NCBI GenBank assembly: GCA_031551625.1
Contig: JAVBNJ010000030.1
Span: 1,592-65,591, forward strand
Direction: 5' to 3'
Length of the DNA stretch: 64,000 nucleotides
DNA from: Bacteroidales bacterium
GTDB taxonomy: Bacteria > Bacteroidota > Bacteroidia > Bacteroidales > UBA932
Below are positions 1 to 9,824 of this stretch, one piece after another. The stretch's first letter is position 1; every line of letters starts with the position of its first letter. The position numbers were made by a program, and so were the translations under genes. The notes under the pieces are model-generated. The model saw nothing but the letters and a program-made list of their open reading frames with translations. It ran no database searches and had not been told where the DNA came from.

Positions 1-1
1 G

Positions 2-181
2 GCCAAAGAAGAAGAAATATACCTGAAAGAAGTTACCAAGCAGCAGAAAGAAGAAGAAAAACTAGAAAAAAAAGCGTTGAAAGAAGGTAAAAAACGGCAC
101 GAGCAGTGGCAAAGCGAAGAAACAAAAAAACGCATGAAAAAAAATAAAAAAGCGAGCGAAAAGAATTTTAATAAAAAATAG
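2..181 (+). CDS. 3-prime end of an unidentified gene (Lys/Glu-rich tail); the 5-prime part lies outside the window
   Basis: The frame is open from the window edge to TAG at 179-181 and translates ...KQQKEEEKLEKKALKEGKKRHEQWQSEETKKRMKKNKKASEKNFNKK. It is absent from the ORF track because it is truncated. Confidence 0.4.
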   Translation, partial: AKEEEIYLKEVTKQQKEEEKLEKKALKEGKKRHEQWQSEETKKRMKKNKKASEKNFNKK

Positions 182-217
182 TTAGAGTAGTCATATTAGT
201 TAACGTAGATAGTAATT
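179..217 (+). repeat. TAGTTAGAGTAG-family short-period repeat starting at the stop codon
   Basis: TAGTTAGAGTAGTCATATTAGTTAACGTAGATAGTAATT. The first 13 nt are identical to 27577-27589. Confidence 0.5.
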
Positions 218-700
218 ATGGAATCATTAATACCTATTCTTATTGGTGTAGCATTTTTTGTATTACAGGCCGTGGCTTCCAACAACAAGAAGAAACGGGC
301 TGCGCAACAACGCAACACTCCGGCGCCCGGCCACTACCCCACTCCATCGGCAGCCCCCGCAAACCCGCTCGAGGAATGGGTGCGACGCATGCAGCAAGAA
401 ATGGCAGGCGAAAATGAAGAAGAAAATTATGCCGAAGAAGAAATAATAGAAGCTGAAGAAACAGTTGTTGCCGAAGAAAAACTATATCCGAAATATGTCG
501 CTCCGGCAGTAGCAACAGTTGCTGCACCAAGCGTTCAAAGTACCTTAACAGCTACTGCCGAAACCCAATCGGATGAAGAAAAAGCGGCTTTTGCCGAGAA
601 CATAGCTACCAAGCCTCATCGGCTATTAGACCCCGAAACATTCGACATAGAACAAGCCGTTGTGTACAGCGAAATTCTGAAACCGAAGTTCAGCGAATAG
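218..700 (+). CDS. hypothetical protein with an N-terminal TM helix and an acidic low-complexity region
   Basis: 160-aa ORF. The N-terminus IPILIGVAFFVLQAVA is hydrophobic, followed by KKKR and then a Glu-rich stretch. No family recognised. Confidence 0.5.
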   Translation: MESLIPILIGVAFFVLQAVASNNKKKRAAQQRNTPAPGHYPTPSAAPANPLEEWVRRMQQEMAGENEEENYAEEEIIEAEETVVAEEKLYPKYVAPAVATVAAPSVQSTLTATAETQSDEEKAAFAENIATKPHRLLDPETFDIEQAVVYSEILKPKFSE

Positions 701-759
701 CAATAAAAAGCCGGTTAATTGCTTAACCGGCTTCTTTCTTATTATATCTTACTCGTGAA

Positions 760-1209
760 TTATTCAGCTACAATTTCAAATTTGAATTTGGCTTTGATAT
801 CGCGGTGCAGTTTAGCTTCGGCTTCGTAGGTACCGACTTCTTTCACGTGTTCCTCACCAAGGATTGTGATGTTGCGGCGGTCTACTTCAAAACCTTTAGC
901 AGCTAATGCTTCGGCGATTTGGATATTGTTCACCGAACCGAAAATCTTGCCGGTGCTGCTCACTTTCGTAGCAATGGTAACCACTGCACCTTCCAACTTA
1001 GCAGCTAATGCTTGGGCTGCTTCGCGGATTTTAGCTTCTTTGTGAGCGCGTTGTTTCATGTTTTCGGCATGCATTTTTTTTGCCGATTCGGTAGCGATAG
1101 TAGCATAGCCTTTCGGAATCAAAAAATTAGTTGCATAACCGTTACGTACGCTTACGATATCGTCTTTGTGTCCCAATTTGGTCACGTCTTGTTTCAAGAT
1201 AATTTCCAT
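760..1209 (-). CDS. rplI: 50S ribosomal protein L9
   Basis: MEIILKQDVTKLGHKDDIVSVRNGYATNFLIPKGYA is the canonical L9 N-terminus. It is the last gene of the rpsF-rpsR-rplI cluster. Confidence 0.95.
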   Translation of the reverse strand: MEIILKQDVTKLGHKDDIVSVRNGYATNFLIPKGYATIATESAKKMHAENMKQRAHKEAKIREAAQALAAKLEGAVVTIATKVSSTGKIFGSVNNIQIAEALAAKGFEVDRRNITILGEEHVKEVGTYEAEAKLHRDIKAKFKFEIVAE

Positions 1210-1227
1210 AACTTCAATCTCCTTCGT

Positions 1228-1509
1228 TTATTTCAACAAATCGGTTACGTAAGGCAACAAAGCCAAGTGGCGTGCGCGTTTCACAGCTTGCGATACTTTG
1301 TGCTGGAACTTCAACGACGTACCGGTAAGACGACGGGGCAGGATTTTACCTTGCTCATTCAGGAATTTTTTCAAGAATTCGGCGTCTTTGTAATCTACAT
1401 ATTTGATACCGGCTTTTTTGAAGCGGCAATATTTTTTCTTTTTCAAATCCACGGTAGGCGGATTCAAGAAACGAACTTCGGCGTTATTTTGTGTAGCTTG
1501 TGTACTCAT
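1228..1509 (-). CDS. rpsR: 30S ribosomal protein S18
   Basis: KKKYCRF...IKYVDYKD...[15 protein letters not shown] is the S18 signature. It lies between rpsF and rplI. Confidence 0.95.
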   Translation of the reverse strand: MSTQATQNNAEVRFLNPPTVDLKKKKYCRFKKAGIKYVDYKDAEFLKKFLNEQGKILPRRLTGTSLKFQHKVSQAVKRARHLALLPYVTDLLK

Positions 1510-1512
1510 GTC

Positions 1513-1878
1513 TTAGTCCTCTTTCTTAGTTGTTTTTTCTTTTTTTTCGCTGCGCGTATTGCGGCGTTTCTCGGCATACTCCACGGAATGTTTATCCATA
1601 CTGAATGTCAGGTAGCGGATAATACGCTCGTCGCGGCGATATTGTATTTCCAATTTTTCGATCAATGCAGGTTCCGCCTTGAACTCAATCAAGTGGTAAA
1701 ACCCTGTTGATTTTTTTTGAATCGGGTAGGCCAGCTTTCTCATACCCCAGTCTTCTTCGTGTACAATTTCACCTTTGTTTTCGGTGATAAAGTCACGATA
1801 CTTTTTTACCGCTTCCTTTACCTGGCTGTCAGATAAAACGGGAGTTGCAATGAAAACGGTTTCGTAATGTTTCAACAT
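1513..1878 (-). CDS. rpsF: 30S ribosomal protein S6
   Basis: [17 protein letters not shown]...[10 protein letters not shown] is typical of S6. It is the first gene of the S6-S18-L9 operon. Confidence 0.95.
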   Translation of the reverse strand: MLKHYETVFIATPVLSDSQVKEAVKKYRDFITENKGEIVHEEDWGMRKLAYPIQKKSTGFYHLIEFKAEPALIEKLEIQYRRDERIIRYLTFSMDKHSVEYAEKRRNTRSEKKEKTTKKED

Positions 1879-1920
1879 GACTCGTTGTTTTTTGTTAATA
1901 ATTTTTTACTTAAAGGGGTG

Positions 1921-1928
1921 CAAAGGTA
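1921..1928 (-). promoter_or_regulatory. -7 promoter box for the rpsF operon
   Basis: TACCTTTG on the minus strand fits the Bacteroides TAnnTTTG consensus. It lies 43 nt upstream of the rpsF ATG. Confidence 0.45.
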
Positions 1929-1968
1929 CTATTTTTTACCGATATGTGCAAATTTTTCAAAATATGTG

Positions 1969-1976
1969 TACATTTG
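1969..1976 (+). promoter_or_regulatory. -7 promoter box for the DUF1761 gene
   Basis: TACATTTG, 29 nt upstream of ATG 2005. Confidence 0.45.
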
Positions 1977-2004
1977 TATCCAAAACAATTAAAAACAACC
2001 GATT

Positions 2005-2412
2005 ATGGAATTGAATTTTTGTGTTCTCTTCGGCCACATCAACTGGTTGTGGCTGGCTGTGGCTACGGTGCTGTCGATGGCCATAGGTGCATTGTGGTAT
2101 GGCAAGCTGTTTTCGAAGGCGTGGGTGCGCGCCAATGACGTACAAATGCCCGAGAAAATCGCCCAATGGCAAATGATTCTCCCGTTTGTGGTACAAATGC
2201 TGGCTACCGCATTATTAGCTGTATACATTTTTATCGCTGTACAAGTTAGTGCCTGCTTACTGGCGTTCGGCCTCCTTGCATTCCTGGGTTGGCAAAAATC
2301 TACGTTGAAGTACCGCATTATGGATATGAAAAAATTTATCACGGCGGCCTGCATTGATTTAGGATATTTTGCTATTGTATCGACCATTTGCATTTTGTTT
2401 GCGCAAATGTAA
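2005..2412 (+). CDS. DUF1761-family membrane protein
   Basis: 135 aa with about 4 TM segments. The N-terminal INWLWLAVATVLSMAIGALWYGKLFSKAW matches the DUF1761 pattern from memory. Confidence 0.65.
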   Translation: MELNFCVLFGHINWLWLAVATVLSMAIGALWYGKLFSKAWVRANDVQMPEKIAQWQMILPFVVQMLATALLAVYIFIAVQVSACLLAFGLLAFLGWQKSTLKYRIMDMKKFITAACIDLGYFAIVSTICILFAQM

Positions 2413-2434
2413 AAGTTTAACTAAAACTACGTTT

Positions 2435-2468
2435 AAAGGCTGTTCTAAAAGTTTAGGACAGCCTTTTT
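2435..2468 (+). terminator. intrinsic terminator after the DUF1761 gene
   Basis: 8-bp stem GGCTGTTC/GGACAGCC with a 10-nt loop, followed by TTTTT. Confidence 0.6.
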
Positions 2469-2531
2469 CTATTTAAAATTATCGTCGATAGAAATAAAGC
2501 CGGAGACCTCATTTATCCCAATAAAATGATG

Positions 2532-2539
2532 TATCTTTG
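2532..2539 (+). promoter_or_regulatory. -7 promoter box for nadA
   Basis: TATCTTTG, 21 nt upstream of ATG 2560. Confidence 0.45.
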
Positions 2540-2559
2540 TATAACTAAATGTTTTTGCG

Positions 2560-3525
2560 ATGTCCAATAATTTGATTGATTTTGCCGCCGAAATTAAACG
2601 GCTGAAACGCGAAAAAAACGCCATCCTCTTGGCGCATTATTACCAACGCGACGAGGTACAGGATGCAGCCGATTTTATAGGCGATAGCTTGCAACTCTCA
2701 CAGGAAGCCGCACGCACCAATGCCGATATCATTGTATTTGCCGGCGTAAACTTTATGGCCGAGACCGCTAAAATACTTTCGCCGCAAAAAAAAGTATTAC
2801 TTCCCGATCTCCATGCCGGCTGTTCGCTCGCCGAATCGTGCCAGCCCGATGATTTTAAGAAATTTATTGATGCGCACCCCGGCTACACAGTTATTTCGTA
2901 TGTAAATACCAGCGCCGAAATCAAAGCGCTAACCGATATTTGCTGCACATCGAGCAATGCATTACAGATTGTAAACAGCCTGCCGAAAGATGAAAAAATA
3001 ATTTTTGGACCCGACCGGAACCTTGGAAACTACATCAAAAGTGTTACCGGCCGCGAGAATATGTTGATTTGGGATGGCGCCTGCCATGTACACGAGGCCT
3101 TTTCGGTAGAAAAATTAGTTGTCCTGAAAAGGAAATATCCCGATGCAAAAGTCCTGGCGCATCCCGAATGCAAGCAAGCCATCTTGCTACTTGCCGACCA
3201 TATCGGTTCTACCGCAGCATTGCTGAAAGTGGCAAAAACCGATGCCGCACAGCAGTTTATTGTGGTTACCGAGCCGGGCATTATCCACCAGATGCAGAAA
3301 GACTGTCCCACGAAAGAATTTATTCCGCTACCGGGTGTTACAGCACCTGCTTCGGGCTTTTCCGACGACTGTGGTGCCTGTAACGATTGCAGTTTTATGA
3401 AACTGATTACGCTCGAAAAAATTTATCTTACACTGAAATACGAGCAACCCGAAATTTTTGTAGAAGAAGGGATACGGAAAAAAGCGGAGAAAAGTATTTT
3501 AAGAATGCTGGAAATGTCTAAATAA
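2560..3525 (+). CDS. nadA: quinolinate synthase
   Basis: 321 aa. LLAHYYQ, DFIGDSL, MAETAKIL and the HPEC motif are typical of NadA. Confidence 0.95.
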   Translation: MSNNLIDFAAEIKRLKREKNAILLAHYYQRDEVQDAADFIGDSLQLSQEAARTNADIIVFAGVNFMAETAKILSPQKKVLLPDLHAGCSLAESCQPDDFKKFIDAHPGYTVISYVNTSAEIKALTDICCTSSNALQIVNSLPKDEKIIFGPDRNLGNYIKSVTGRENMLIWDGACHVHEAFSVEKLVVLKRKYPDAKVLAHPECKQAILLLADHIGSTAALLKVAKTDAAQQFIVVTEPGIIHQMQKDCPTKEFIPLPGVTAPASGFSDDCGACNDCSFMKLITLEKIYLTLKYEQPEIFVEEGIRKKAEKSILRMLEMSK

Positions 3526-3583
3526 CCACGTTTTATTATTATTGTTGACGTGAACAAAATAATAATACCAATTTTAATACTAA

Positions 3584-4600
3584 ATGAAAGATTTCGATCC
3601 ACATATAGAACGCGAGCAAAACGACGGTGATTTTGAGTCACAGATACGGCCACAGGAATTCGGCGAATTTTCCGGTCAAGAGAAAATCATCGACAACTTG
3701 AAAGTGTTTGTAAAAGCGGCCCTGCTGCGCGGCGAATCGCTCGACCATGTGTTGCTGCACGGCCCTCCGGGATTGGGGAAAACCACATTGGCACATATTA
3801 TTGCCAATGAATTAAAAGTAGGTATGAAAATTACCTCCGGCCCTGTGCTCGACAAACCGGGCGATTTGGCGGGATTGCTTACCAACCTCGAAAGCGGCGA
3901 TGTATTGTTCATCGACGAAATCCACCGGTTATCGCCGGTAGTCGAAGAGTATTTGTACTCGGCAATGGAAGATTACAAAATCGATATTATGCTGGATAAG
4001 GGGCCAAGCGCACGTTCCATACAAATTGACCTGAACCCGTTTACACTCGTGGGAGCCACTACCCGCAGCGGACTGCTCACCTCTCCCCTACGCGCTCGCT
4101 TTGGGATCCAGTGTCATTTGGAATATTACGATTCCTCGGTGCTCTTCCGTATTATCCGGCGCAGCGCTGCCATTCTTGATGTAGAAATTGACGATGATGC
4201 GGCACATGAAATTGCCCTGCGTAGCCGGGGGACTCCGCGTATTGCCAACGCCCTCCTGCGTCGCGTGCGTGACTTTGCGCAAGTAAAAGGTTCGGGAATT
4301 ATTGATTTGGATATTACCCGCTATGCCCTGGAAGCCTTGAATATCGATAAACACGGGTTAGACCAAATGGATAATAAAATTCTATCGACCATTATTCATA
4401 AATTTAAAGGCGGCCCGGTGGGCATTACAACTATTGCGACCGCCGTAGGCGAAGATCCGGGAACCATCGAGGAAGTATATGAACCATTCCTGATAAAAGA
4501 AGGGTTCTTGCAACGCACACCCCGCGGTCGCGAAGCCACGGAACTAGCCTATAAACACATGGGCGCATTTGCAACAAGAGGGGATAGTATGCTGTTCTAA
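3584..4600 (+). CDS. ruvB: Holliday junction branch migration DNA helicase RuvB
   Basis: Walker [12 protein letters not shown], Walker [10 protein letters not shown] and the sensor [16 protein letters not shown]. 338 aa. Confidence 0.97.
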   Translation: MKDFDPHIEREQNDGDFESQIRPQEFGEFSGQEKIIDNLKVFVKAALLRGESLDHVLLHGPPGLGKTTLAHIIANELKVGMKITSGPVLDKPGDLAGLLTNLESGDVLFIDEIHRLSPVVEEYLYSAMEDYKIDIMLDKGPSARSIQIDLNPFTLVGATTRSGLLTSPLRARFGIQCHLEYYDSSVLFRIIRRSAAILDVEIDDDAAHEIALRSRGTPRIANALLRRVRDFAQVKGSGIIDLDITRYALEALNIDKHGLDQMDNKILSTIIHKFKGGPVGITTIATAVGEDPGTIEEVYEPFLIKEGFLQRTPRGREATELAYKHMGAFATRGDSMLF

Positions 4601-4606
4601 TTCTTT

Positions 4607-4690
4607 AGTTGGCAGTTGGCAGTAAACAGTTGGCAGTGCTGACGCTACTATATTTTATATAATTTTACTGCTTACTGTTAACTGCTTACT
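4607..4690 (+). repeat. TTGGCAGT short-period repeat block downstream of ruvB, followed by a second repeat block built on ACTGCTTACT
   Basis: AGTTGGCAGTTGGCAGTAAACAGTTGGCAGTG (4607-4638) and TTACTGCTTACTGTTAACTGCTTACT (4665-4690). Confidence 0.6.
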
Positions 4691-4699
4691 TAAACCTAC

Positions 4700-5848
4700 A
4701 TGAAACACATGGCCCTTTTTATTGCTATCGTTCTAATTGTTTTTACATTTTCCAATTTTTATGTTATTTCACGTGGCTATCAGATGCTGGAAGCGCTTGG
4801 CCGGTACCGTTGGATTTACGTGGCGGCATTTGTATTGCTGGCTCTGACATTCCTTGCAGGCATGATTTTTAAACGGGGCTACGATACAGCTTTTACAGAA
4901 ACCTTGTGGCGCATCGGTTCGTGGTGGATTGTGGTGATGCTGTATTCATTTCTCGCCATTCTCTGTTTCGACTTGATACGTTTAGTTTTATTGCTGTTCG
5001 GCAAAAAGTTATCGCTGATTTTTGCAAACTATGCGCAGGTAAAGCTACTTTTATCCGGCTTATTTACATTAGTATTACTTGTTTTAATAGCTATCGGCTA
5101 CCGCAATGGAAAATCGCCGGAAGTAAAAACACTTCCACTAACCGTACATAAAAACGTGCCGGATACAAAAGAATTAAACATTGTTGCAATAAGCGATTTG
5201 CATTTGGGTACTGTATATACCGAGCGCGATTTGCAAAAATGGGTAACCAAAATCAACGACCTGCAACCCGATATTGTTTTTCTGGTAGGCGACACGTTCG
5301 ATGATAATCCCACGCCGGTCATACGGAGAAACATGGGCGTTGTTTTCGAACAACTGAATGCACCGCTTGGAATCTATGCGGTAACCGGAAACCACGAGTT
5401 ATTTGCCGATTATAAAAAATCAATGAATTATTTAGCACAACACGGCGTGCAGCCATTAATGGATTCTGTGATGTTAGTGGCCGATAAATTTTATGTGGTC
5501 GGCCGGATTGACCGTTCGATAAACGCCCGCGGTACGCACCGGAAAACGATGGCGGAATTGACAACTCCGCTAGATAAAAGTTTACCGATTATTGTGCTCG
5601 ACCACCAACCGTACGAATGGGACGAGTCAGCTGCAGCCAGTGTCGATATACAGCTGGCTGGACACACGCACGCGGGGCAGTTATGGCCATTCAACTATAT
5701 TACACGCGCCATGTATCAACAACACTGGGGCTACTTGCAAAAAGGGGCTTCTCATTTTTACACTTCATGCGGTATTGGCGACTGGGGTCCTCCTATCCGT
5801 ATCGGAAGCCGCTCCGAAATTGTACAACTAAAAATTTCGTTCAATTAA
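4700..5848 (+). CDS. membrane-anchored metallophosphoesterase
   Basis: N-terminal TM helices followed by the calcineurin-like motifs ISDLHLG, GDTFDD, GNHE and GHTHAGQ. Confidence 0.85.
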   Translation: MKHMALFIAIVLIVFTFSNFYVISRGYQMLEALGRYRWIYVAAFVLLALTFLAGMIFKRGYDTAFTETLWRIGSWWIVVMLYSFLAILCFDLIRLVLLLFGKKLSLIFANYAQVKLLLSGLFTLVLLVLIAIGYRNGKSPEVKTLPLTVHKNVPDTKELNIVAISDLHLGTVYTERDLQKWVTKINDLQPDIVFLVGDTFDDNPTPVIRRNMGVVFEQLNAPLGIYAVTGNHELFADYKKSMNYLAQHGVQPLMDSVMLVADKFYVVGRIDRSINARGTHRKTMAELTTPLDKSLPIIVLDHQPYEWDESAAASVDIQLAGHTHAGQLWPFNYITRAMYQQHWGYLQKGASHFYTSCGIGDWGPPIRIGSRSEIVQLKISFN

Positions 5849-5851
5849 GCA

Positions 5852-6616
5852 ATGAATAAATACAACCTACTACTTATTTTCACATTGCTTGCCACCTCAT
5901 GTCTTGCACAAGGCAAAGCCTCGAAAGGGCGCGCTGCCGAAGCATTCCATGACCCATTCGAGCATTTCAGTTTTGTGAGTTTCCGTTTCGACCGGTTAAC
6001 GAACAAAAATAATACATTTGTAAACCATTATACGGTGCGGGCAGTAACCACCCGTTGGGCAAAACTGCACTTACGGATGAATGCTCCACTTGTAAACACG
6101 AATGTATCCGGCATCAACGAATTCGGATTGGGCGATATTGATATCCGGGCATTGTACAGCACCCCGGTAAATTTATTGCACAAGCGACTCTACTTTGCTA
6201 CATCGTGCCAGTTATACCTGCCAACGGCTACATCTGACAATACAGGTGCCCACAAATGGCAGGTACGCCCGGGCATCGGACTTGTTTTCTTCCGTGGATC
6301 CGAAGAGGCTGTTACCGGCACTTACTCGCTGGGAGTGGAATATTGGGCATCGTTTGCCGAATCGTCAGGACACGCCCGTACCAATACATTAGCCATCATG
6401 CCGAACTTCGACTGGTGGTTTCACAAATGGTATATCGGATACTACGCCACATGGACCTACAATTTCGAAACCCACATGTGGGATATTCCGTTTGACGTAG
6501 AAGCCGGTTATACGATTTTCCCGCACATTACATTGGGCGCCGAGATTGTGCTGCCGCTCACAAATACTGTAGATTACAGAAACGACTGGCTGGTCAAATT
6601 ACGTTATACATTTTGA
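5852..6616 (+). CDS. putative outer-membrane beta-barrel protein
   Basis: Signal peptide, alternating beta-strand pattern and a C-terminal aromatic end ...VKLRYTF. It starts 3 nt after the preceding gene. Family not confidently recognised. Confidence 0.5.
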   Translation: MNKYNLLLIFTLLATSCLAQGKASKGRAAEAFHDPFEHFSFVSFRFDRLTNKNNTFVNHYTVRAVTTRWAKLHLRMNAPLVNTNVSGINEFGLGDIDIRALYSTPVNLLHKRLYFATSCQLYLPTATSDNTGAHKWQVRPGIGLVFFRGSEEAVTGTYSLGVEYWASFAESSGHARTNTLAIMPNFDWWFHKWYIGYYATWTYNFETHMWDIPFDVEAGYTIFPHITLGAEIVLPLTNTVDYRNDWLVKLRYTF

Positions 6617-6672
6617 TATGCCATTTATTATGTATATTTGTCGAACAATAATTGTAAAACCTAACACCCATC

Positions 6673-7878
6673 ATGAAAACAAGTTTAACAGTTCTTGCAT
6701 TACTTATCCTGCTGGCAAGTGCAACAACCCTTGTTGCACAAACGACTGCTGATTCTACGAAAACAGAAAAACAGACAAAGAAAAAAATTTCGTTCCGCGA
6801 TTCGCAGGACGGCGCTTTCGATGTCAGCGATTGGGTCATTGAATACAACGGGTTTATTCCAATGCCGTTTATAGTCACAGAGCCCGCACTCGGCGGATTT
6901 GGCGCCGCATTGGCGCCGATATTCATCAAACAACATGCACCGGTAATAATCAATGGAAAGCCACATGGCGTACCTCCCGATGTAACAGTCGCATTCGGCG
7001 GCTATACCCTCAACCACTCGTGGGCAGTAGGAGGCGGACGCATGGCAACCATCCCAAAATGGGGACTACGCTACAAAGTAATGGCGGCCTATGCAAACGT
7101 CAACATGGATTATTATAAGACATTGAATCTACCCGTACAGGGCGAAACCGAATTTAAGTTCGGTATTAATGCTAAAGCCATTCCGGTAATGCTATATCTT
7201 GGTAAATTATTCAAGGATCCCCGCTGGGAGACCGGGGTGCAATACACCTTTGCCTATACCGACATTGCTCCACAGCCGGATTTTGACAACCATCCGTATA
7301 TCGACAGCCTTATCGGAGCCAAAGATTATCACAGCAAAATAGGCAGTTTAGGTTTCGCGGGCAGTTTCGATAAGCGCGACAATACATTTACGCCGAATAA
7401 CGGGTATAAAATCTCCTTGAATTTTATGTGGAACAATCCCGTATTCGGCAGCGATTACAAATACTCGCAAATCGAAGGCGCCGCCTATTGGTATATTCCG
7501 GTTACCAAGTGGTGGATCTGCGGCCTGCGTGGCGACATGCAGCAAGTGTGGGGTGATATTCCGTTTTATATAAAGCCGTACCTCGACATGCGCGGCATAC
7601 CTACCATGCGATACCAAGGCACGACAACCATGTTAGTAGAAACCGAACAACGGTTCGATGTGTACAAACGTTGGAGCATAATAGCGTTATTGGGAACAGG
7701 GAAAGCTTTCGACGGTTTTTCTAATTTCAAAAATGCGACATTGGCCTACAACTACGGGACAGGATTCCGCTACCTCATTGCGCGCAAACTGGGACTACGT
7801 ATGGGTATTGACGTAGCAAAAAGCAACGATGCCTGGGGCTACTACTTTGTGTTCGGCAGTGGCTGGATGCGGCAGTAA
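6673..7878 (+). CDS. Omp85/BamA-TamA family outer-membrane protein (bacterial surface antigen domain)
   Basis: Signal peptide and a 401-aa beta-barrel with the Omp85-type C-terminal region ...GTGFRY...GIDVA...YFVFGSGWMRQ. Confidence 0.7.
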   Translation: MKTSLTVLALLILLASATTLVAQTTADSTKTEKQTKKKISFRDSQDGAFDVSDWVIEYNGFIPMPFIVTEPALGGFGAALAPIFIKQHAPVIINGKPHGVPPDVTVAFGGYTLNHSWAVGGGRMATIPKWGLRYKVMAAYANVNMDYYKTLNLPVQGETEFKFGINAKAIPVMLYLGKLFKDPRWETGVQYTFAYTDIAPQPDFDNHPYIDSLIGAKDYHSKIGSLGFAGSFDKRDNTFTPNNGYKISLNFMWNNPVFGSDYKYSQIEGAAYWYIPVTKWWICGLRGDMQQVWGDIPFYIKPYLDMRGIPTMRYQGTTTMLVETEQRFDVYKRWSIIALLGTGKAFDGFSNFKNATLAYNYGTGFRYLIARKLGLRMGIDVAKSNDAWGYYFVFGSGWMRQ

Positions 7879-7947
7879 TGATTTTCAATGTTTAACATAT
7901 TTTTCCTACCTTTGTGAAATTAAAAATAATTTTTCTAAATTAAAACT

Positions 7948-8940
7948 ATGGAAGAAAAAGCTCCGCTACAAAATAACAATAACCAAGAAATAGACTTGTG
8001 GGATGTTTTTAAGAAACTAGGCGCTTGGATCAGACAAACAGTGGAATGGTTCTATGATGTCTTTCTTTTTGCATTTGTTTTTCTTATCCGTAAAAGCTTG
8101 TGGTTAGTGGGTTTTATTATTCTCGGCTGTGTATTGGCATTTTTTATGCACAAGACGATGAAACCTTATTACAATTCGAACATGCAGTTACGCGCCAATG
8201 TGATGGACAACGCATTTTTCGTGAACATGATTAACGACTTGAGCGGCGCCCGCGACTTGGATGCATTAACACAAAAATTGAACTTGCCCGATACGTCAAT
8301 GGCCAAAGACATTCTCTCAATAACTGCGTGTTTCGGCGTAGATTTAAATAAAGACGGTATCGTGGACATGGTAGACATTACTAACAAATACATCCGGGGC
8401 GATTCGGCAAAAGCATCACAGGTTGTTCCCGGCTATTTCTACATCAATGCTTCCGTCTATTCAGACAAAGTGCTGCCTTACATCAAAAAGGGGATAATGA
8501 ATATTATCGAGAACAATGTTTATGTTAAACGTTACAACGACGATCGATTCGTGCGTGTCAACGAAGCGGTAGCGACTTTAACTACGCAAATCAACCTTTT
8601 AGACAGCCTTCAAAAAGTGGATTACTTTGACCGCGAACGCCGTCAAAGTATTAAAGCAGGAGCCGGCCCATTGATGGTACTAAGCGAAAAAGATCAAAAG
8701 TTGTATCATGCCGATATTCTTACGCTCACAGAACAGCGCAGGGCATTGGAATCAAGCTTGATATTGGATCCTAATCCGGTAACACTTGTGAAAGATTTTT
8801 CGGAAATGCAGAGTCCAGTAAAATCGTTTGTATCGTATGCCAAGCCTATTGTTAGCACGGTTCTATTGGCAGGCCTTGCATTCCTAATTATATGGGATAA
8901 CCGGAAGAAGATATTTCAACTGATTAATGAGAAAAGATAG
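7948..8940 (+). CDS. hypothetical bitopic membrane protein (one N-proximal TM region and one C-terminal TM helix; the topology resembles a chain-length determinant)
   Basis: 330-aa ORF with TM segments near residues 35-70 and 295-315. Own TACCTTTG box at 7907-7914. The family assignment is uncertain. Confidence 0.45.
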   Translation: MEEKAPLQNNNNQEIDLWDVFKKLGAWIRQTVEWFYDVFLFAFVFLIRKSLWLVGFIILGCVLAFFMHKTMKPYYNSNMQLRANVMDNAFFVNMINDLSGARDLDALTQKLNLPDTSMAKDILSITACFGVDLNKDGIVDMVDITNKYIRGDSAKASQVVPGYFYINASVYSDKVLPYIKKGIMNIIENNVYVKRYNDDRFVRVNEAVATLTTQINLLDSLQKVDYFDRERRQSIKAGAGPLMVLSEKDQKLYHADILTLTEQRRALESSLILDPNPVTLVKDFSEMQSPVKSFVSYAKPIVSTVLLAGLAFLIIWDNRKKIFQLINEKR

Positions 8941-8975
8941 AAAATTGCGGGAAAAGAATCCCGCAATTTTCTTTT
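8941..8975. terminator. bidirectional terminator between convergent genes
   Basis: AAAATTGCGGGA-loop-TCCCGCAATTTT, flanked by an A-run and a T-run. Confidence 0.65.
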
Positions 8976-9798
8976 ATAATGCTTCGATGATTTTTGTAAA
9001 TAACGTTGTCATTTTATTGGCGGCAGCATTGGCGGCACGAATTACATCGTTACCATCATTCACATAGTCGACCGGAAATTCGTGTGCTTCATTGGTAATA
9101 ACCGACATGCCGAATACGCGAAGGCCACAATGCCGGGCAACGATTACTTCAGGTACGGTAGACATGCCTACCGCGTCGGCGCCAATGAGGCGAAAAAAGC
9201 CATATTCCGAAGGCGTTTCGTAGGTAGGTCCTGTACCTCCAAAGTAGACGCCTTTTTGCAATTTAATCGCTTTTTTCGCAGCAATTTCTTCTGCCATTTT
9301 TATTAATTCCAAGTCATAAGGACGTGTCATATCGGGAAAACGCGGGCCCATTTCTTCAATGTTTTTGCCAATAAGCGGATTCGGCAGCATGTTAATATGG
9401 TCACGAATAATCATCAAATCGCCGACCTTATAATTGAAGTTCACGCCACCTGCTGCATTTGATACGAACAGGTTTTTAATCCCCAATGTAGCAAATACCC
9501 GCACCGGATACGTAACCTCCTGCATCGTGTAGCCTTCGTAATAATGGAAACGGCCTTGCATCGCTATTACTTTTTTATCTCCCAATGTGCCGAAAATCAA
9601 ATTACCTTTATGCCCCATTGCCGTAGAATGCACAAAGTGCGGAATATCTTTATAGGGTATTACTATTGGGTTCTCAATCTTATCAGCCAGCAATCCCAAA
9701 CCACTACCAAGAATAATAGCCGTTCCGGGCTTTTCGTTATTTATCCGCTCAGAAATAAATGCGGCGGTTTCTTTGAATTTCACAACACGTTCGTCCAT
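8974..9798 (-). CDS. purine nucleoside phosphorylase (trimeric PNP/MTAP family)
   Basis: [16 protein letters not shown] and VGMSTVPEV motifs. 274 aa. Confidence 0.9.
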   Translation of the reverse strand: MDERVVKFKETAAFISERINNEKPGTAIILGSGLGLLADKIENPIVIPYKDIPHFVHSTAMGHKGNLIFGTLGDKKVIAMQGRFHYYEGYTMQEVTYPVRVFATLGIKNLFVSNAAGGVNFNYKVGDLMIIRDHINMLPNPLIGKNIEEMGPRFPDMTRPYDLELIKMAEEIAAKKAIKLQKGVYFGGTGPTYETPSEYGFFRLIGADAVGMSTVPEVIVARHCGLRVFGMSVITNEAHEFPVDYVNDGNDVIRAANAAANKMTTLFTKIIEAL

Positions 9799-9824
9799 GG
9801 TAATAACTGAATTTAATTCGCAGG

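Noticed and set aside
2413-2559. Riboswitch candidates upstream of nadA (NAD), of the TonB-dependent receptor gene at 18730-18869 (cobalamin) and of ade at 50640-50789 (purine).
   Set aside because: In each case a TAnnTTTG box lies only about 20-25 nt from the ATG, leaving no room for an aptamer. I saw none of the conserved riboswitch core sequences.
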